Source: Gemmatimonadales bacterium (GTDB taxonomy: Bacteria > Gemmatimonadota > Gemmatimonadetes > Gemmatimonadales > GWC2-71-9). Taken from it: a stretch of 64,000 bases of DNA. The notes under the pieces were generated by a model that ran no database searches, was not told the origin of the DNA, and saw only the letters and a program-made list of their open reading frames with translations. The stretch covers positions 82,532 to 146,531 of the forward strand of contig DASSYA010000005.1 in NCBI GenBank assembly GCA_035703525.1. The letters are read 5' to 3'. Shown here piece after piece: positions 16,675 to 27,605 of this stretch (position 1 is its first letter; the number at the start of each line of letters is the position of its first letter). The position numbers and the translations under genes are program-made.

Positions 16675-17836
16675 GTCCGAGTGCCGTGCTGAGACCGCGC
16701 ACCTTCTCGACGATGCCGGGGAGGACCGCGATCACGCGTGCGATATCGGCGTCGGTGGTCTCATGCCCCATCGAGAACCGGATGGTCGAGAGCGCCATCG
16801 GACGGTCGACGCCCATCGCCACGAGGACATGGGACGGCTCGATGCTCCCGGTCGAGCATGCCGATCCACCCGAGCAGCAGATCCCCGCGAGGTCGAGATG
16901 CATCAGGAGCGATTCGGCATCGGTCCCCGGCATGCAGACCGAGAGCACATGCGGGGCACGCGGCGAGTCGGCAGCGTTGATGTGGAGGCCGGTGATCGCG
17001 GCTTGCAGCTCGGTCGCCAGTCGATCACGGAGTGCTCCGAGACGAGCGATGTGATGGTCGAGCTCGGCATGTGCGATCTGGGCGGCGCGACCCATCGCGA
17101 CGGCGCCCGCCACGTTCTCGGTGCCGGGCCGGATCCCGAACTGCTGACCGCCACCATGGATGATCGCCTCGATGAGCTTGCGGTTCCGGACGATCAGCGC
17201 GCCGACGCCCTTCGGCGCCCCGATCTTGTGGCCGCTCAGTGAACAGAGATCGGCGTGGATCGCCTCGAGGTCGATCGCGATCTTGCCGAAGGCCTGGACG
17301 GCATCGGTGTGCAATGGCACGCCGGCGGCGCGACATCGCGCGCCGATCTCCGCCATCGGCTGGATCACACCGGTTTCATTGTTGACCCACATCACCGACA
17401 CCAGACTGGGCTGCTCCAGGAGCACGCGGTCGAGGGCGTCCATGTCAAGGATGCCGTCGGTGCCCACCGGGAGGATCGTCTCGCGGCCACCGAGTCGGGT
17501 CACGGCGTGGGCCGACGCGAGGGCGGCCTTGTGCTCGATCGCGGTGGTCACCACATGCATCTCGCGACCGGCGGCCTTGGCGGCCATGGCGGCGCCGACG
17601 ATGGCGAGGTTATCGGCCTCGGTGCCGCCCGAGGTGAAGATCACCTGATTGGGCTGGACCCCGACCGCGGCGGCGAGTTCGCGCTTGGCCTGTTCGAGGC
17701 CGGCCCGGGCCCCGCGGCCCAAGCAGTGGGCGGAGGAGGGGTTCCCCCAGCTCTCCCGGAAGAACGGCAGCATCGCGTCGAGCACTTCGGCGCGAACGGG
17801 CGTGGTCGCGGCGTAATCGAGGTAGGTCGTGGTCAT
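16667..17836 (-). CDS. Cysteine desulfurase (NifS/IscS family, PLP-dependent)
   Basis: '[10 protein letters not shown]', '[13 protein letters not shown]', PLP-Lys '[16 protein letters not shown]', active-site '[10 protein letters not shown]'. Overlaps the mnmA start by 8 nt. Confidence 0.9.
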   Translation of the reverse strand: MTTTYLDYAATTPVRAEVLDAMLPFFRESWGNPSSAHCLGRGARAGLEQAKRELAAAVGVQPNQVIFTSGGTEADNLAIVGAAMAAKAAGREMHVVTTAIEHKAALASAHAVTRLGGRETILPVGTDGILDMDALDRVLLEQPSLVSVMWVNNETGVIQPMAEIGARCRAAGVPLHTDAVQAFGKIAIDLEAIHADLCSLSGHKIGAPKGVGALIVRNRKLIEAIIHGGGQQFGIRPGTENVAGAVAMGRAAQIAHAELDHHIARLGALRDRLATELQAAITGLHINAADSPRAPHVLSVCMPGTDAESLLMHLDLAGICCSGGSACSTGSIEPSHVLVAMGVDRPMALSTIRFSMGHETTDADIARVIAVLPGIVEKVRGLSTALGRA

Positions 17837-17851
17837 GGATGGAATTTAGCA

Positions 17852-18045
17852 CGTCATCCCGAGCGGAGGCGGCAACGCCGCCGGAGTCGGCCGAGCCGCG
17901 GCCGTCAGCCGAGCCGCGGCCGTCAGGCCGCGGTTTGCTGCGCGAATCGGAGGAGCAATGCCGAGCCGCGGGCGTCAGCCCGCGGTTTGGTGCGCGAATC
18001 GGCGGAGCGGAACCGCGGTGCGAGGCGAACACAGCCGCGGCTCGG
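17852..18045. repeat. Composite intergenic repeat array rich in CCGCGG palindromes
   Basis: The 18-mer gccgagccgcggccgtca occurs at 17889-17906 and 17907-17924, with a 1-mismatch copy at 17959-17976. A ~33-nt unit (g[gc]ccgcggttt.gtgcgcgaatcgg.ggagc) occurs at 17925 and 17977. An inverted partial copy gccgcggctcggc lies at 18033-18045. The array begins with the 16-mer gtcatcccgagcggag shared with 7734-7749. Confidence 0.6.
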
Positions 18046-18052
18046 CTTGCAG

Positions 18053-18769
18053 CTACAGGCTCCCCACCCCCATGGTCACCACATCAGCGACCGCGATGGT
18101 CTCCGGGGTCCAGAACCGCTCACCGTAGGCGACCCGGATCAGCGAGCCGGCATGGGCGTCCTGGGTCCGGACCAGGTCGAATAGTGGCTGCCCGGTGGGG
18201 TACAACTCGCCGCCCTGCACCGTGGAGCCATCCCACTGCGACTTGAAGCACGCCATCGCCTCGAGCTTCCGCTCGAATTGGGCCGAGGTGTCGACCACGA
18301 ACGATGGCTGCACCGGATCCTCGCGGTAGGCCATCGCGTAGATCACCTTCTCGGGACGGAACTTCTCGCCGTCGGCGGGATAGTTGGCGAGGCCTGCGAG
18401 GAAGCATGCGTCCCGCACCAGCTCGCTGGCGCGGCGATGATCGGGATGTCGACCGACAGGGTAGTGGGTGATGACGACCCGCGGACGATGCCGCCGGATC
18501 GCCTCGATCACGATGCGACGCATCGCGTGGGAGTTCTCGAGGTGCCCGTCGCCCAGGTCGAGCGATTCACGCGATGTCAGCCCCAGCACGCGCGCCGCCT
18601 CCGCCGCCTCGGCGGCCCGGATTTCCGGCGTGCCCTTGGTGCCGAGCTCACCGCGGGTCAGGTCGACGGTCGCGACGGTGTGGCCCTGATCGGCGGCCTT
18701 GGCGAGCGTGCCGCCCGCCAGCAGCTCGGCGTCGTCGGGATGGGCGAAGATGGCGAGGAGGGAGGTCAT
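18053..18769 (-). CDS. bshB1: PIG-L family deacetylase, BshB1-like (bacillithiol biosynthesis)
   Basis: Start chosen at the ATG at 18769 (MTSLLAIFAHPDDAELLAGGTLAK...DLTRGELGT...). The AHPDD and HxDH (HPDHRR) motifs belong to the LmbE/PIG-L fold. The BshB1 assignment rests on overall resemblance only. Confidence 0.7.
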   Translation of the reverse strand: MTSLLAIFAHPDDAELLAGGTLAKAADQGHTVATVDLTRGELGTKGTPEIRAAEAAEAARVLGLTSRESLDLGDGHLENSHAMRRIVIEAIRRHRPRVVITHYPVGRHPDHRRASELVRDACFLAGLANYPADGEKFRPEKVIYAMAYREDPVQPSFVVDTSAQFERKLEAMACFKSQWDGSTVQGGELYPTGQPLFDLVRTQDAHAGSLIRVAYGERFWTPETIAVADVVTMGVGSL

Positions 18770-18785
18770 GGCTGAAAGGTAGTGC

Positions 18786-18877
18786 GAGGTGGGTCCTGAG
18801 TCCTGCGAGGCGTCGCGATCACGGCCTCCGGCCCGCGGGAATGGATGCATGCAATCTCAGGACTCAGGACTCACCTC
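18786..18877. repeat. Heptad-repeat hairpin element H1
   Basis: The left arm gaggtgggtcctgagtcctgcgag pairs with the right arm ctcaggactcaggactcacctc (about 20 of 22 nt), with a ~46-nt loop. The arms are made of 7-nt units (gtcctga / ctcagga). The right arm ends at the permease D stop codon. Confidence 0.6.
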
Positions 18878-20124
18878 TACTCGTACCGCAGCGCCTCGAC
18901 CGGATCCATCCGCGCGGCGCGGGCGGCCGGCAGCATCCCGAAGACCAACCCGATCAGCACAGACGCCGTGACGGCCACCACCGCGCTCCAGATCGGTGGG
19001 CCGCTGTGGAACCCGAGGACGAGTTTGAGCAGCCCGCCGAGTCCCATGCCGACGGCGATGCCGAGCAGGCCGCCGAAACCGGTCAGCGTGCCGGCCTCGA
19101 CGAGGAACTGCAGCAGCACATCGCGGCGGGTGGCGCCGAGTGCCTTCCGGACACCGATCTCGCGGGTGCGGTCGGTGACCGAGACGGTCATGATCGCCAT
19201 CACGCCGATGCCACCCACCAGCAGCGCCACACTCGAGAGCGCGATCATCACCAGGAAGAACGCGGAGGTGAGCGAGTCGATCACGTCGAGGATCTGATCC
19301 TGCGTCAGCATGTCGAACGAGTTCGGCTGGCCGGGCCGGATGCCGCGATCGATCCGGAGTGCCGCCGTCGCCGCATCCTTCGCCTCGGCGACCGTGACGC
19401 CGCGATCGGCGATCACGGCGATGAAGAGCGAGTTCGTCTCGTCATACCGGAAGCTCGCGCGCGCGGCGCGGTACGGGACGATGCCGCCGTCCTCGGCACC
19501 CGGCGGTTGGAAGATGTTGGCCGGTTTCTGGTAGATGCCGATGATCGTGAAGGCACGTCCACCGATCCGCACCACCTGGCCCATCGGATCAAGTCGTCCG
19601 AAGAGTCGGTCGGCGACCTCGGTTTCCATCACCACGACCGGGGTGCCAGCGGTGAGTTCTGCTTGCGAGAAGAACCGTCCGCGCAGCAGGGTGCCGCCCT
19701 GCGCCTCGAGCACCAGATTGTCGGCGCCGTAGATCATCACGCCCTGCGTGGCGGCCCCCTTCGTCTCGATGCGCTGCTGGACCTGGACCCAGAGCCCGGC
19801 ATGCCGAATCTTTTCCGAGCGCGCAATCGCGCGCGCATCGGCTTCGCTGAGGACGGGGCGGATGCGCACCTCTGGCGGGAGGTTGTCCGGATTGAGTGGC
19901 ACCGACGAGAAGAAGCGCATCACATAGAAGGTCTGTGGCGAGGCATTCTCGACGGTCGCGAAGATCTGCGTCTTGATCCCCTCGACCAGCGATGCCATCA
20001 CCATCACGGTGCTGACCCCGATGACCACGCCGAGGATCGTGAGGGCACTCCGCAACTTGGCGGAGCGCATGCTGTCGAAGGCAAGCGCGACACCTTCGAC
20101 CACCGCACGCGAGCTGCGGAACAT
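18877..20124 (-). CDS. ABC transporter permease, MacB/FtsX type (permease D; B-like paralog)
   Basis: 415 aa: N-terminal TM, a large periplasmic domain, a C-terminal FtsX 3-TM bundle, ending ...RAARMDPVEALRYE. The N-terminus aligns with permease B. Confidence 0.85.
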   Translation of the reverse strand: MFRSSRAVVEGVALAFDSMRSAKLRSALTILGVVIGVSTVMVMASLVEGIKTQIFATVENASPQTFYVMRFFSSVPLNPDNLPPEVRIRPVLSEADARAIARSEKIRHAGLWVQVQQRIETKGAATQGVMIYGADNLVLEAQGGTLLRGRFFSQAELTAGTPVVVMETEVADRLFGRLDPMGQVVRIGGRAFTIIGIYQKPANIFQPPGAEDGGIVPYRAARASFRYDETNSLFIAVIADRGVTVAEAKDAATAALRIDRGIRPGQPNSFDMLTQDQILDVIDSLTSAFFLVMIALSSVALLVGGIGVMAIMTVSVTDRTREIGVRKALGATRRDVLLQFLVEAGTLTGFGGLLGIAVGMGLGGLLKLVLGFHSGPPIWSAVVAVTASVLIGLVFGMLPAARAARMDPVEALRYE

Positions 20125-21369
20125 CTACTCGGCTCCCAGGGCCACGATCGGGTCGAGCCTGGCCGCGCGGGCGGCGGGGTAGACGCCGAAGATGATCCCG
20201 GTGATGGCGCCGAGCACGAGGGCGATCCCGACCGACCAGCCGGTGACACGGGCGGGGAGCGGACTGAATGTGGCAACCAGCCAGGCGAGTCCCCAGCCGA
20301 CGGCGACGCCGAGGAGGCCGCCGAGAAACGAGAGGATCACGGTCTCGACGAGGAACTGTCGGCGAATGTCGCGGCGATTGGCGCCGAGTGCCTTCCGGAG
20401 TCCGATCTCGCGCGTCCGTTCGGAGACCGACATCAGCATGATGTTCATGATCACGATCCCGCCGACCACGATCCCGATGCAGACGACCGCCGGGATCACG
20501 GTGAAGAGCAGGGCGGTGAGCGAGGTCCAGAAGGCGATCAGTGCGTCGGCCTTGTCGACGGTGAAGTCGTTGTCCTGGCGGGGCCCGAGGCGGTGTGCCA
20601 GCCGCATCGCCTCCTCCGCCCGGCTCATGGCACCGTCGATCTCCTGGGGCGTGCGCATCTTGACCGAGACCACGGTGGCGCCGCGTCGCCCCCAGATCGA
20701 TTCGAACATGGGAAGCGGCAGTAGCACGAAGCCGTCAAAGGATTGACCGAGAGTCTTGCCCTTGGGGGCAACGACTCCAATGACCGTGAATTCGCGGCGC
20801 GCGATGCGCACCTTCTCGCCGATCGCGGACTCGGGTGTCCGGAAGAGCTTGTCGGCGACATCGAAGCCGACCACCGCGACCGGTCGGCGCCCCCGCATGT
20901 CGGCATCGCTGATCGGCACGCCGGCGAGCAGGGTGTAGTCCTGCACGATCAGGTAGGGGGGGGTGATCCCGAAGACGAGCACACTGCCGACCGTCTGGTT
21001 GCCCCGGACCACGTTGGCGGACGGGGTGGGCCAGCCCGACTGAAGGGCCACGGCCTCGGCATCGGGGAGCGCCGCGTCGACGTACGCGGCATCGCGGGCG
21101 GTGATGCGCGGGCGCTTGGCGAAGGCCCGGACCTGGTCGTCGGTCAGCAGGCCGACGGAGATCGGCGAGCGCCGGACCTGGAAGGCGTTGTTGCCGATGA
21201 TGGCCCCGGTGAGGTTCTCGCGGACGTAGGAGTTCATCCCCTGGATGACGGCGACCACGGCCACGAGAAACGCGACCGACACGATGATGCCGAGGAGAGT
21301 GAAGAAGCTGCGGAGCTTGGCCGAGGCGATGGTGGAGAGCGCCAGCCGCAGGGCTTCGGAGAGGGGCAT
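20125..21369 (-). CDS. ABC transporter permease, MacB/FtsX type (permease C; A-like paralog)
   Basis: Start at the ATG at 21369 (MPLSEALRLALSTIASAKLRSFFTLLG...); the upstream part of ORF 20125..21453 is translated hairpin repeat. The N-terminus aligns closely with permease A. Confidence 0.85.
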   Translation of the reverse strand: MPLSEALRLALSTIASAKLRSFFTLLGIIVSVAFLVAVVAVIQGMNSYVRENLTGAIIGNNAFQVRRSPISVGLLTDDQVRAFAKRPRITARDAAYVDAALPDAEAVALQSGWPTPSANVVRGNQTVGSVLVFGITPPYLIVQDYTLLAGVPISDADMRGRRPVAVVGFDVADKLFRTPESAIGEKVRIARREFTVIGVVAPKGKTLGQSFDGFVLLPLPMFESIWGRRGATVVSVKMRTPQEIDGAMSRAEEAMRLAHRLGPRQDNDFTVDKADALIAFWTSLTALLFTVIPAVVCIGIVVGGIVIMNIMLMSVSERTREIGLRKALGANRRDIRRQFLVETVILSFLGGLLGVAVGWGLAWLVATFSPLPARVTGWSVGIALVLGAITGIIFGVYPAARAARLDPIVALGAE

Positions 21370-21373
21370 GCTG

Positions 21374-21536
21374 GAAGATAGAAGTGAGACGTGAGAAGTG
21401 AGAAGGGAGAAGTGAGAAGCGTGCTGGGCCGGCTCGATGGGCGCCGCTCGCACTCTTCCTCACCTCTCACGTCTCCCTTCTCCCTTCTCCCTTCTCCCTT
21501 CTCACGTCTCACGTCTCACGTCTCACGTCTCACGTC
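21374..21536. repeat. Heptad-repeat hairpin element H2 (largest)
   Basis: The left arm holds purine-rich 7-mers (gaagtga gacgtga gaagtga gaaggga gaagtga). The right arm holds tandem tcccttc x4 then tcacgtc x5. The arms are complementary in several registers. The element sits between permeases C and B and ends at the permease B stop. Confidence 0.75.
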
Positions 21537-22797
21537 ATTCGTACCTGAGCGCCTCCACCGGATCGAGCCGTGCTGCCTTGTTGGCGGGATAGAGTCCGAA
21601 GAAGATCCCGGTGATCGCCGAGGCGATCAGGGCCATCACCACGGACCAGAGCGGGATCACGGCGGGCAGCGGGGTAAAGCTCCGGATCGCGAGCGCGATG
21701 AGCCCGCCGAGGATCATGCCGACGATGGCGCCCATCATGGTGAGGGTGGCCGCCTCGACGAGGAACTGGAAGAGGATCTCGCCACGCGTGGCGCCTAGCG
21801 CCTTCCGGATCCCGATCTCGCGGGTGCGTTCGGTGACGGAGATCATCATGATCGCGACCACGCCGACACCGCCGACCATGAGGCCGACGCTCGAGAGCAC
21901 CAGCATCACGAGGAAGAACCCGGCCGTCATCTGATTGAACGAGGCGAGGAACTGGTCCCCCGAGACCAGATCGAAGGTGTTCTCCTGGCCGGGCTTGAGG
22001 CCACGGTCGATCCGCAGCGCCATGGTGACCTCGTCCATCGCCTCGGCCTGGGAGGCTTCCTTGGTGGGGAAGACCATGATGCTGATCCAGCCGCGGTCGA
22101 AATTGCCGACTTTGGCGAAGGTGGTGTGCGGGATGATGAACTTCGGGTCCTTGTTGTCGGCGAACAGCTCGGCAGGATCCTCGTAGACGCCCACCACCGT
22201 GAACGGCAGGCCGAATATCTTGATCACCTTGCCGATCGGATCCCCGACCTCGATCAGGGCGTCGGCCGCACGCTGGTTGATCACCACGACGAAGCTGCCG
22301 AGCGCGGCATCGATGGCGCTGAAGTTGCGACCGGCGATGATCTCGCCACCCTCGACCCGCTGCCAGGTCGCGTCCATTCCCTGGACGCCGGTGTTCTCGA
22401 GGCGGCGATCCTTGTGGGTGATCGTCGAGATGCCGCCCTCGCGGACGTTCACGGCCTCGACCGCCGGGAGTTTCCGGATCAGGTCGGCCTCGTGGCGGGA
22501 GAGCCTGGGGCGTCGCCGCCATGGCGACATCTCGTCGCTGCCGTCGGAGATCTGGATCCCGTCGCGGAAGTAGCGCATCACCATGAACGACTTCGGTCCG
22601 GCGCGCGAGACGATATCGGTGACCCCGCTCTGGATGCCGGAGATCATCGATGCCATCGCGATGACCACCATGACGCCGATCGCGATCCCGAGGATGGTGA
22701 GCGAGGCGCGACTCTTGTTCGCGCGCACCGCATCGAAGGCGAGGGTGACGCCCTCGAGGGCTCGACTGACGAGGTTGCCGCGTCCGAGCGTGCTCAT
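21535..22797 (-). CDS. ABC transporter permease, MacB/FtsX type (permease B)
   Basis: 420 aa with the same architecture; ends ...KAARLDPVEALRYE. Its start directly abuts the permease A stop. Confidence 0.85.
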   Translation of the reverse strand: MSTLGRGNLVSRALEGVTLAFDAVRANKSRASLTILGIAIGVMVVIAMASMISGIQSGVTDIVSRAGPKSFMVMRYFRDGIQISDGSDEMSPWRRRPRLSRHEADLIRKLPAVEAVNVREGGISTITHKDRRLENTGVQGMDATWQRVEGGEIIAGRNFSAIDAALGSFVVVINQRAADALIEVGDPIGKVIKIFGLPFTVVGVYEDPAELFADNKDPKFIIPHTTFAKVGNFDRGWISIMVFPTKEASQAEAMDEVTMALRIDRGLKPGQENTFDLVSGDQFLASFNQMTAGFFLVMLVLSSVGLMVGGVGVVAIMMISVTERTREIGIRKALGATRGEILFQFLVEAATLTMMGAIVGMILGGLIALAIRSFTPLPAVIPLWSVVMALIASAITGIFFGLYPANKAARLDPVEALRYE

Positions 22798-24038
22798 CTA
22801 TTCCTGCCTCATCGCGGCAACGGGATCGAGCCGCGACGCCTGTCGGGCCGGCATGATGCCCGCGACCATGCCGACCAGGATGCCGAGCCCGACCCCGACG
22901 CCGATCGACCAGGGGGCGACGGCGGCCGGGAGGGGCGTGAACGCGGCGACGGCCATGGCGAGCAGCAGGCCGGCCCCGATGCCGAACAGCGCGCCGACCA
23001 CCGACAGCGTGGCCGATTCGACGACGAACTGGGCCATGATGTCGCTGCGCTTGGCGCCGAGGGCCTTGCGTACCCCGATCTCGGAGGTGCGCTCGGAGAC
23101 CGACATCAGCATGATGTTCATGATCACGATGCCACCGACCACCAGGGAAATGGCCACCAGGCCCGGGAGGGCAAGGAAGAGGATCGCCGAGATCTTCTCC
23201 CAGCCCGCGAGCGCGCCTTCGGCGGTCTCGAGGTAGAAGTTGTTCTCTTCGCCGGGCTTGAGCCCCCGGCGAGCGCGCATGAGGGCCGTCACTTCGTCCA
23301 TCGCCTCGCGCATCTGCGGGATGTCGTCGGTCTGGATCGTGAAGTCATCGATCACGCGCGGTCGGTTCACGAGGCGCCGGACCGGGGAGGTGATCGGCAC
23401 CACGGCAAACTTGTCGAGCGAGATGCCGAAGAGGGTCCCCTGCTCGGCGACCACGCCGATCACCCGATGCGGCAGCCCGCCGACCGAGATCATCTCGCCG
23501 AGCGGGTCCCGGCCATCGAAGAGCTTCTTCGCCAATTCGAAGCCGAGCACGACGACATTCGCGCCGACCTGCACCTCCTGCGGGGCGAAGGCCCGGCCCT
23601 CGGCGATGTCATAGTTCTTGATGGCAAAGTAGTCGGCATCGGTGGTCGACACCTGGATCTGTGCCGCCTCCCGGCCCTGCCAGCGGATCGTGAGCTGGTC
23701 AAAGCCCTGACGTGACATCCGCGCCGGAACCGTCACGCGCTCGCGCAGGAACTCGGCGTCCTCGTTGGTGATCCGCGGTCGACGGCTCCACTCGCGCCAC
23801 TGCTCGCCCTCGACGTCCCCCGTCATGATGTTGGGACGCTGGCGCACGTGAAAGGTGTTCACCCCGACGAGCGCCCCGGCGAACTTGTCGGTCATGTAGA
23901 CATTCATGCCCTGCACGATGGAGACGACCGCGATCAGGAAGGTCACGCCGATCATCACGCCGACCAGCGAGAAGAAGCTCTTGAGCTTCTGCGCGCGGAT
24001 GGAGGCGAGCGCGAGCCGGACCGCTTCGTAGAGCGGCA

Positions 24039-24039
<1 letters not shown>
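22798..24039 (-). CDS. ABC transporter permease, MacB/FtsX type (permease A)
   Basis: 413 aa, MPLYEAVRLALASIRAQKLKSFFSLVG... Its start overlaps the ATPase stop by 1 nt. Confidence 0.85.
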
Positions 24040-24751
<712 letters not shown>

Positions 24752-24755
<4 letters not shown>

Positions 24756-26014
24756 GACTTCTTCCCGGCCAGCGGCGACACCACCGGCCTGACCTTCGTC
24801 GAGTCGGTCAGGTCGCGGATGGCCTGGTAGCTTCCCGATACCACCGTCTCGCCCTCCTTGAGGCCCTCCAGGACCTCGAAGTGCTCGTCGCCGGTGATGC
24901 CCACCTTGACCGGCCGGAACATCGCGATACCGTTCTCGACCACGAACACGCCGAGTTCTTCCGGCACCTTGCTCTTCGTGGTGTCGACCAGCGGCGTGGT
25001 GGGGGCGGTGTCCCCGGTGGGCGTGCTGGCACGGGCCGTCAGCGCGATGATCGGGATGCTCAACACATCGGTGCGCTGATCGGTGATGATCCGGGCGGTC
25101 ATCGACAGGTCCGGGCGCACGTCCGGCGGCGGGTTCGTGAGGGTGACCTCCACCTCGAAGTCGACGGCGCGGTCCGTGCCCTGGCCAGTCGCCGACGCTG
25201 TCGCGGCGCTGTTGGCGATCTTCGTGACGTGGCCCACGAAGGTCGTGTCAGGGAAGGCATCGATCTCGACCGAGACCGAGTCACCGAGCGCGAGGCGGAC
25301 CACGTCAGTCTCGTCGACCTTGACCGTCGCCTGGATCACCGACAGGTCGGCGATCCGCATGAGCAGCCCGACGTCACGCGAGAACGTACCGGTCTGCGCG
25401 ACCTCGCCCTCCTCGACCGCGAGCCGGACCACGCGACCATCGATCGGCGCGTACAGGCGGGTCCGCGCCAGATTGTCCTTCGCTTCCTTGAGCGACGCCT
25501 CGCTCTGCTGGACCTGTGCCTCGCTCGAGTGGTAGACGGCCTCGGCCACATCGAAACTCTGCTGGGCCAGCTCGACGTCCTCCTGCGAGATCAGGTTGCC
25601 GGGCTGACGCTGCAGCTCCTTCGCACGGTCGAGACTGCGCCGCGCCTGATCCCGGTTGGCCCGCGCCTGGACGAGCGAGGCCTGCATCGAGGTGAGCGCC
25701 GCCGTCGCACGATCGACCGCCCCCTTGAACTGGACCTGGTCGAGTTCGATCAGGAGCTGCCCGCGGGTCACGAGGTCACCCTCCTTCACATGGATCTTGA
25801 GGATCCGGGCCGTCACCTCGGATTGCACATCGACCTGGCTCTTTGCCTCGATGTTTCCGCTGGCCGTGACGGCCGAAACGAGGTCGCGCTTCTGGACCTG
25901 CTCCATGCGCACCTCGACCTCGCCCTTGCCGCGGCTGTTGCCCACCATGGCGGCCCCGCCGACGATGACGACGATCGCGCCGATGATGAGTCCGATCTTT
26001 GCTCCACGAGACAT
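24752..26014 (-). CDS. Periplasmic adaptor (MacA/HlyD-family membrane fusion protein)
   Basis: Start at the ATG at 26014 ([20 protein letters not shown]: N-terminal TM anchor), then coiled-coil hairpin, lipoyl and beta-barrel regions ('[12 protein letters not shown]'). Overlaps the ATPase start by 4 nt. Confidence 0.85.
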
Positions 26015-26030
26015 CTGGATCCTCTTCCGG

Positions 26031-27560
26031 TCAGCGAATGGGACGGCCGACGGTGGCTTCAAGCCCCACGACGGCGGTGTGATAGTCGAACACGGCGGCG
26101 ACATAGTCGAACTCCGCCTGGGTCACGGCGTTCTGGGCATCGGCGATCTCGAGCGAGGTCCCGCTGCCGATGTCGAACCGTTGCTGCGCGAGACGGAGCC
26201 GCTCACCGGCCGCCGCCCGGTTGCTGTCCGCGATCGTGGCGGCCTGCCACGCGGTCTCGACCCCGAGCAGCCCGGACTGGATCTGCCCGTCGACATCGAT
26301 CCGACGCGCACGCAGCGCCTCCCGCGCGTCGTCTTCCTGCGCCCGGGCCGCCGAGACGGCTGCGGCGCGGCGGAACCCGTCGAAGATCGGCAGTGACACA
26401 CCGAACGAAATGCTCCATGGCTGCCTGGTGTAGCCGAACGGCCAGCCGGTGTTGCTGTCGCGGATCCGCTGCGCGACGTCCTGCTGCAGGGCCGTCCCGC
26501 TCGCATCGAGTCCGGCGAAGGCATTGCAGTCGTCGATGATCCCGCCGTTCGGCGCCGGATGCGGCGACGTGAGCCGCTCGAGGATCGCGTTCTGGAACCC
26601 GCAGTTCTGTGCCTGCCCCTTCGCACTCGACAAGGCGTTCGCGAGCAGCGGGTCGACACTGGTCGATTGCTGCGTGTAGCCCGAGATCCCCGTGCTGATC
26701 GAGAACGATGGCAGGTACTGCGCCTTGGCCGAGGTGACACCGATCGAGGCGGCCTCCTCCTGGGCGACCGCGGCCCGCAACTGCGGATTCTCCCCGTGGG
26801 CCTGGGCGCGCAACGTTGCCAGATCCCAGTGCGGAGCCGTCAGCGTGAAGCTGTCGGTCAGGCGCACCGAGGCGATGTCCGCGTCGGTCGGCATGCCCAT
26901 CCGTCGCAGCAGTTCGATCTTGGCATTGGTCGCCGCCTGCCGCGCCCGAAGCAACTGCACATCCGAGGCGCTCTTCGAGACCTCGGCCTGGCGCACGTCG
27001 ACCATCGTGCCGCGGCCGACCTGGAACCGCGCCTGCGTCTGCGTCAGGAACTGGACATTCCGCGCCACCTGCTGTTCGACCACCGCGACATTCGCCTCGG
27101 CCCGCAGCACCGCGAGATACTGCGAACTCACATCCGCCACCAGATTGACGCCGGCACCGGCGATATTCTCCTCCGTGGCCCGGCGCTGGGCCTTGCTCCG
27201 CTTCGGGGCAAGGAATTGGCCGTAACTGATGCCGAGGGACGCGCTGATGCTGTAACTCGACCCGAGCTGGGACGAGTTCCGGAACACCTGATTGGCAAAC
27301 GTCTGGCTCCCGGCTCTCGTATAGTTGATGCCGGCATTGCTGTTGATCGTCGGCAGGAGGCCACCATAGGCGGAACGGACGTCCGCATCGGCCGGGTCCT
27401 CATCATTGAGGAACTGGCGATAGGTCGGACTGTTCGCGCGAGCCAGCCGGATCGCATCGGCCAGTGAAAGTGCCCGAGGCACGTCCTGGGCCGGTGCCAG
27501 GGAAGGTCCGATCACGAGCGCACCAAGCGCTGCCAGCACAGGAATGAATCGACGCCGCAT
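26031..27560 (-). CDS. TolC-family outer membrane efflux protein
   Basis: Start at the ATG at 27560 (MRRRFIPVLAALGALVIGPSLAPAQD, signal peptide). Two repeated halves with the coiled-coil/beta pattern typical of OEP/TolC ('LSLADAIRLARANSP...'). Confidence 0.85.
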   Translation of the reverse strand: MRRRFIPVLAALGALVIGPSLAPAQDVPRALSLADAIRLARANSPTYRQFLNDEDPADADVRSAYGGLLPTINSNAGINYTRAGSQTFANQVFRNSSQLGSSYSISASLGISYGQFLAPKRSKAQRRATEENIAGAGVNLVADVSSQYLAVLRAEANVAVVEQQVARNVQFLTQTQARFQVGRGTMVDVRQAEVSKSASDVQLLRARQAATNAKIELLRRMGMPTDADIASVRLTDSFTLTAPHWDLATLRAQAHGENPQLRAAVAQEEAASIGVTSAKAQYLPSFSISTGISGYTQQSTSVDPLLANALSSAKGQAQNCGFQNAILERLTSPHPAPNGGIIDDCNAFAGLDASGTALQQDVAQRIRDSNTGWPFGYTRQPWSISFGVSLPIFDGFRRAAAVSAARAQEDDAREALRARRIDVDGQIQSGLLGVETAWQAATIADSNRAAAGERLRLAQQRFDIGSGTSLEIADAQNAVTQAEFDYVAAVFDYHTAVVGLEATVGRPIR

Positions 27561-27605
27561 GTTCCACCCTTCGGGGTCCCACAGGATCAGGAATGGTGCT
27601 CCACT

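Noticed and set aside
21470-21536. Tandem short repeats considered as a possible CRISPR array
   Set aside because: The unit length is 7 nt with no spacers. The repeats form one arm of an inverted repeat, and no cas genes are present.
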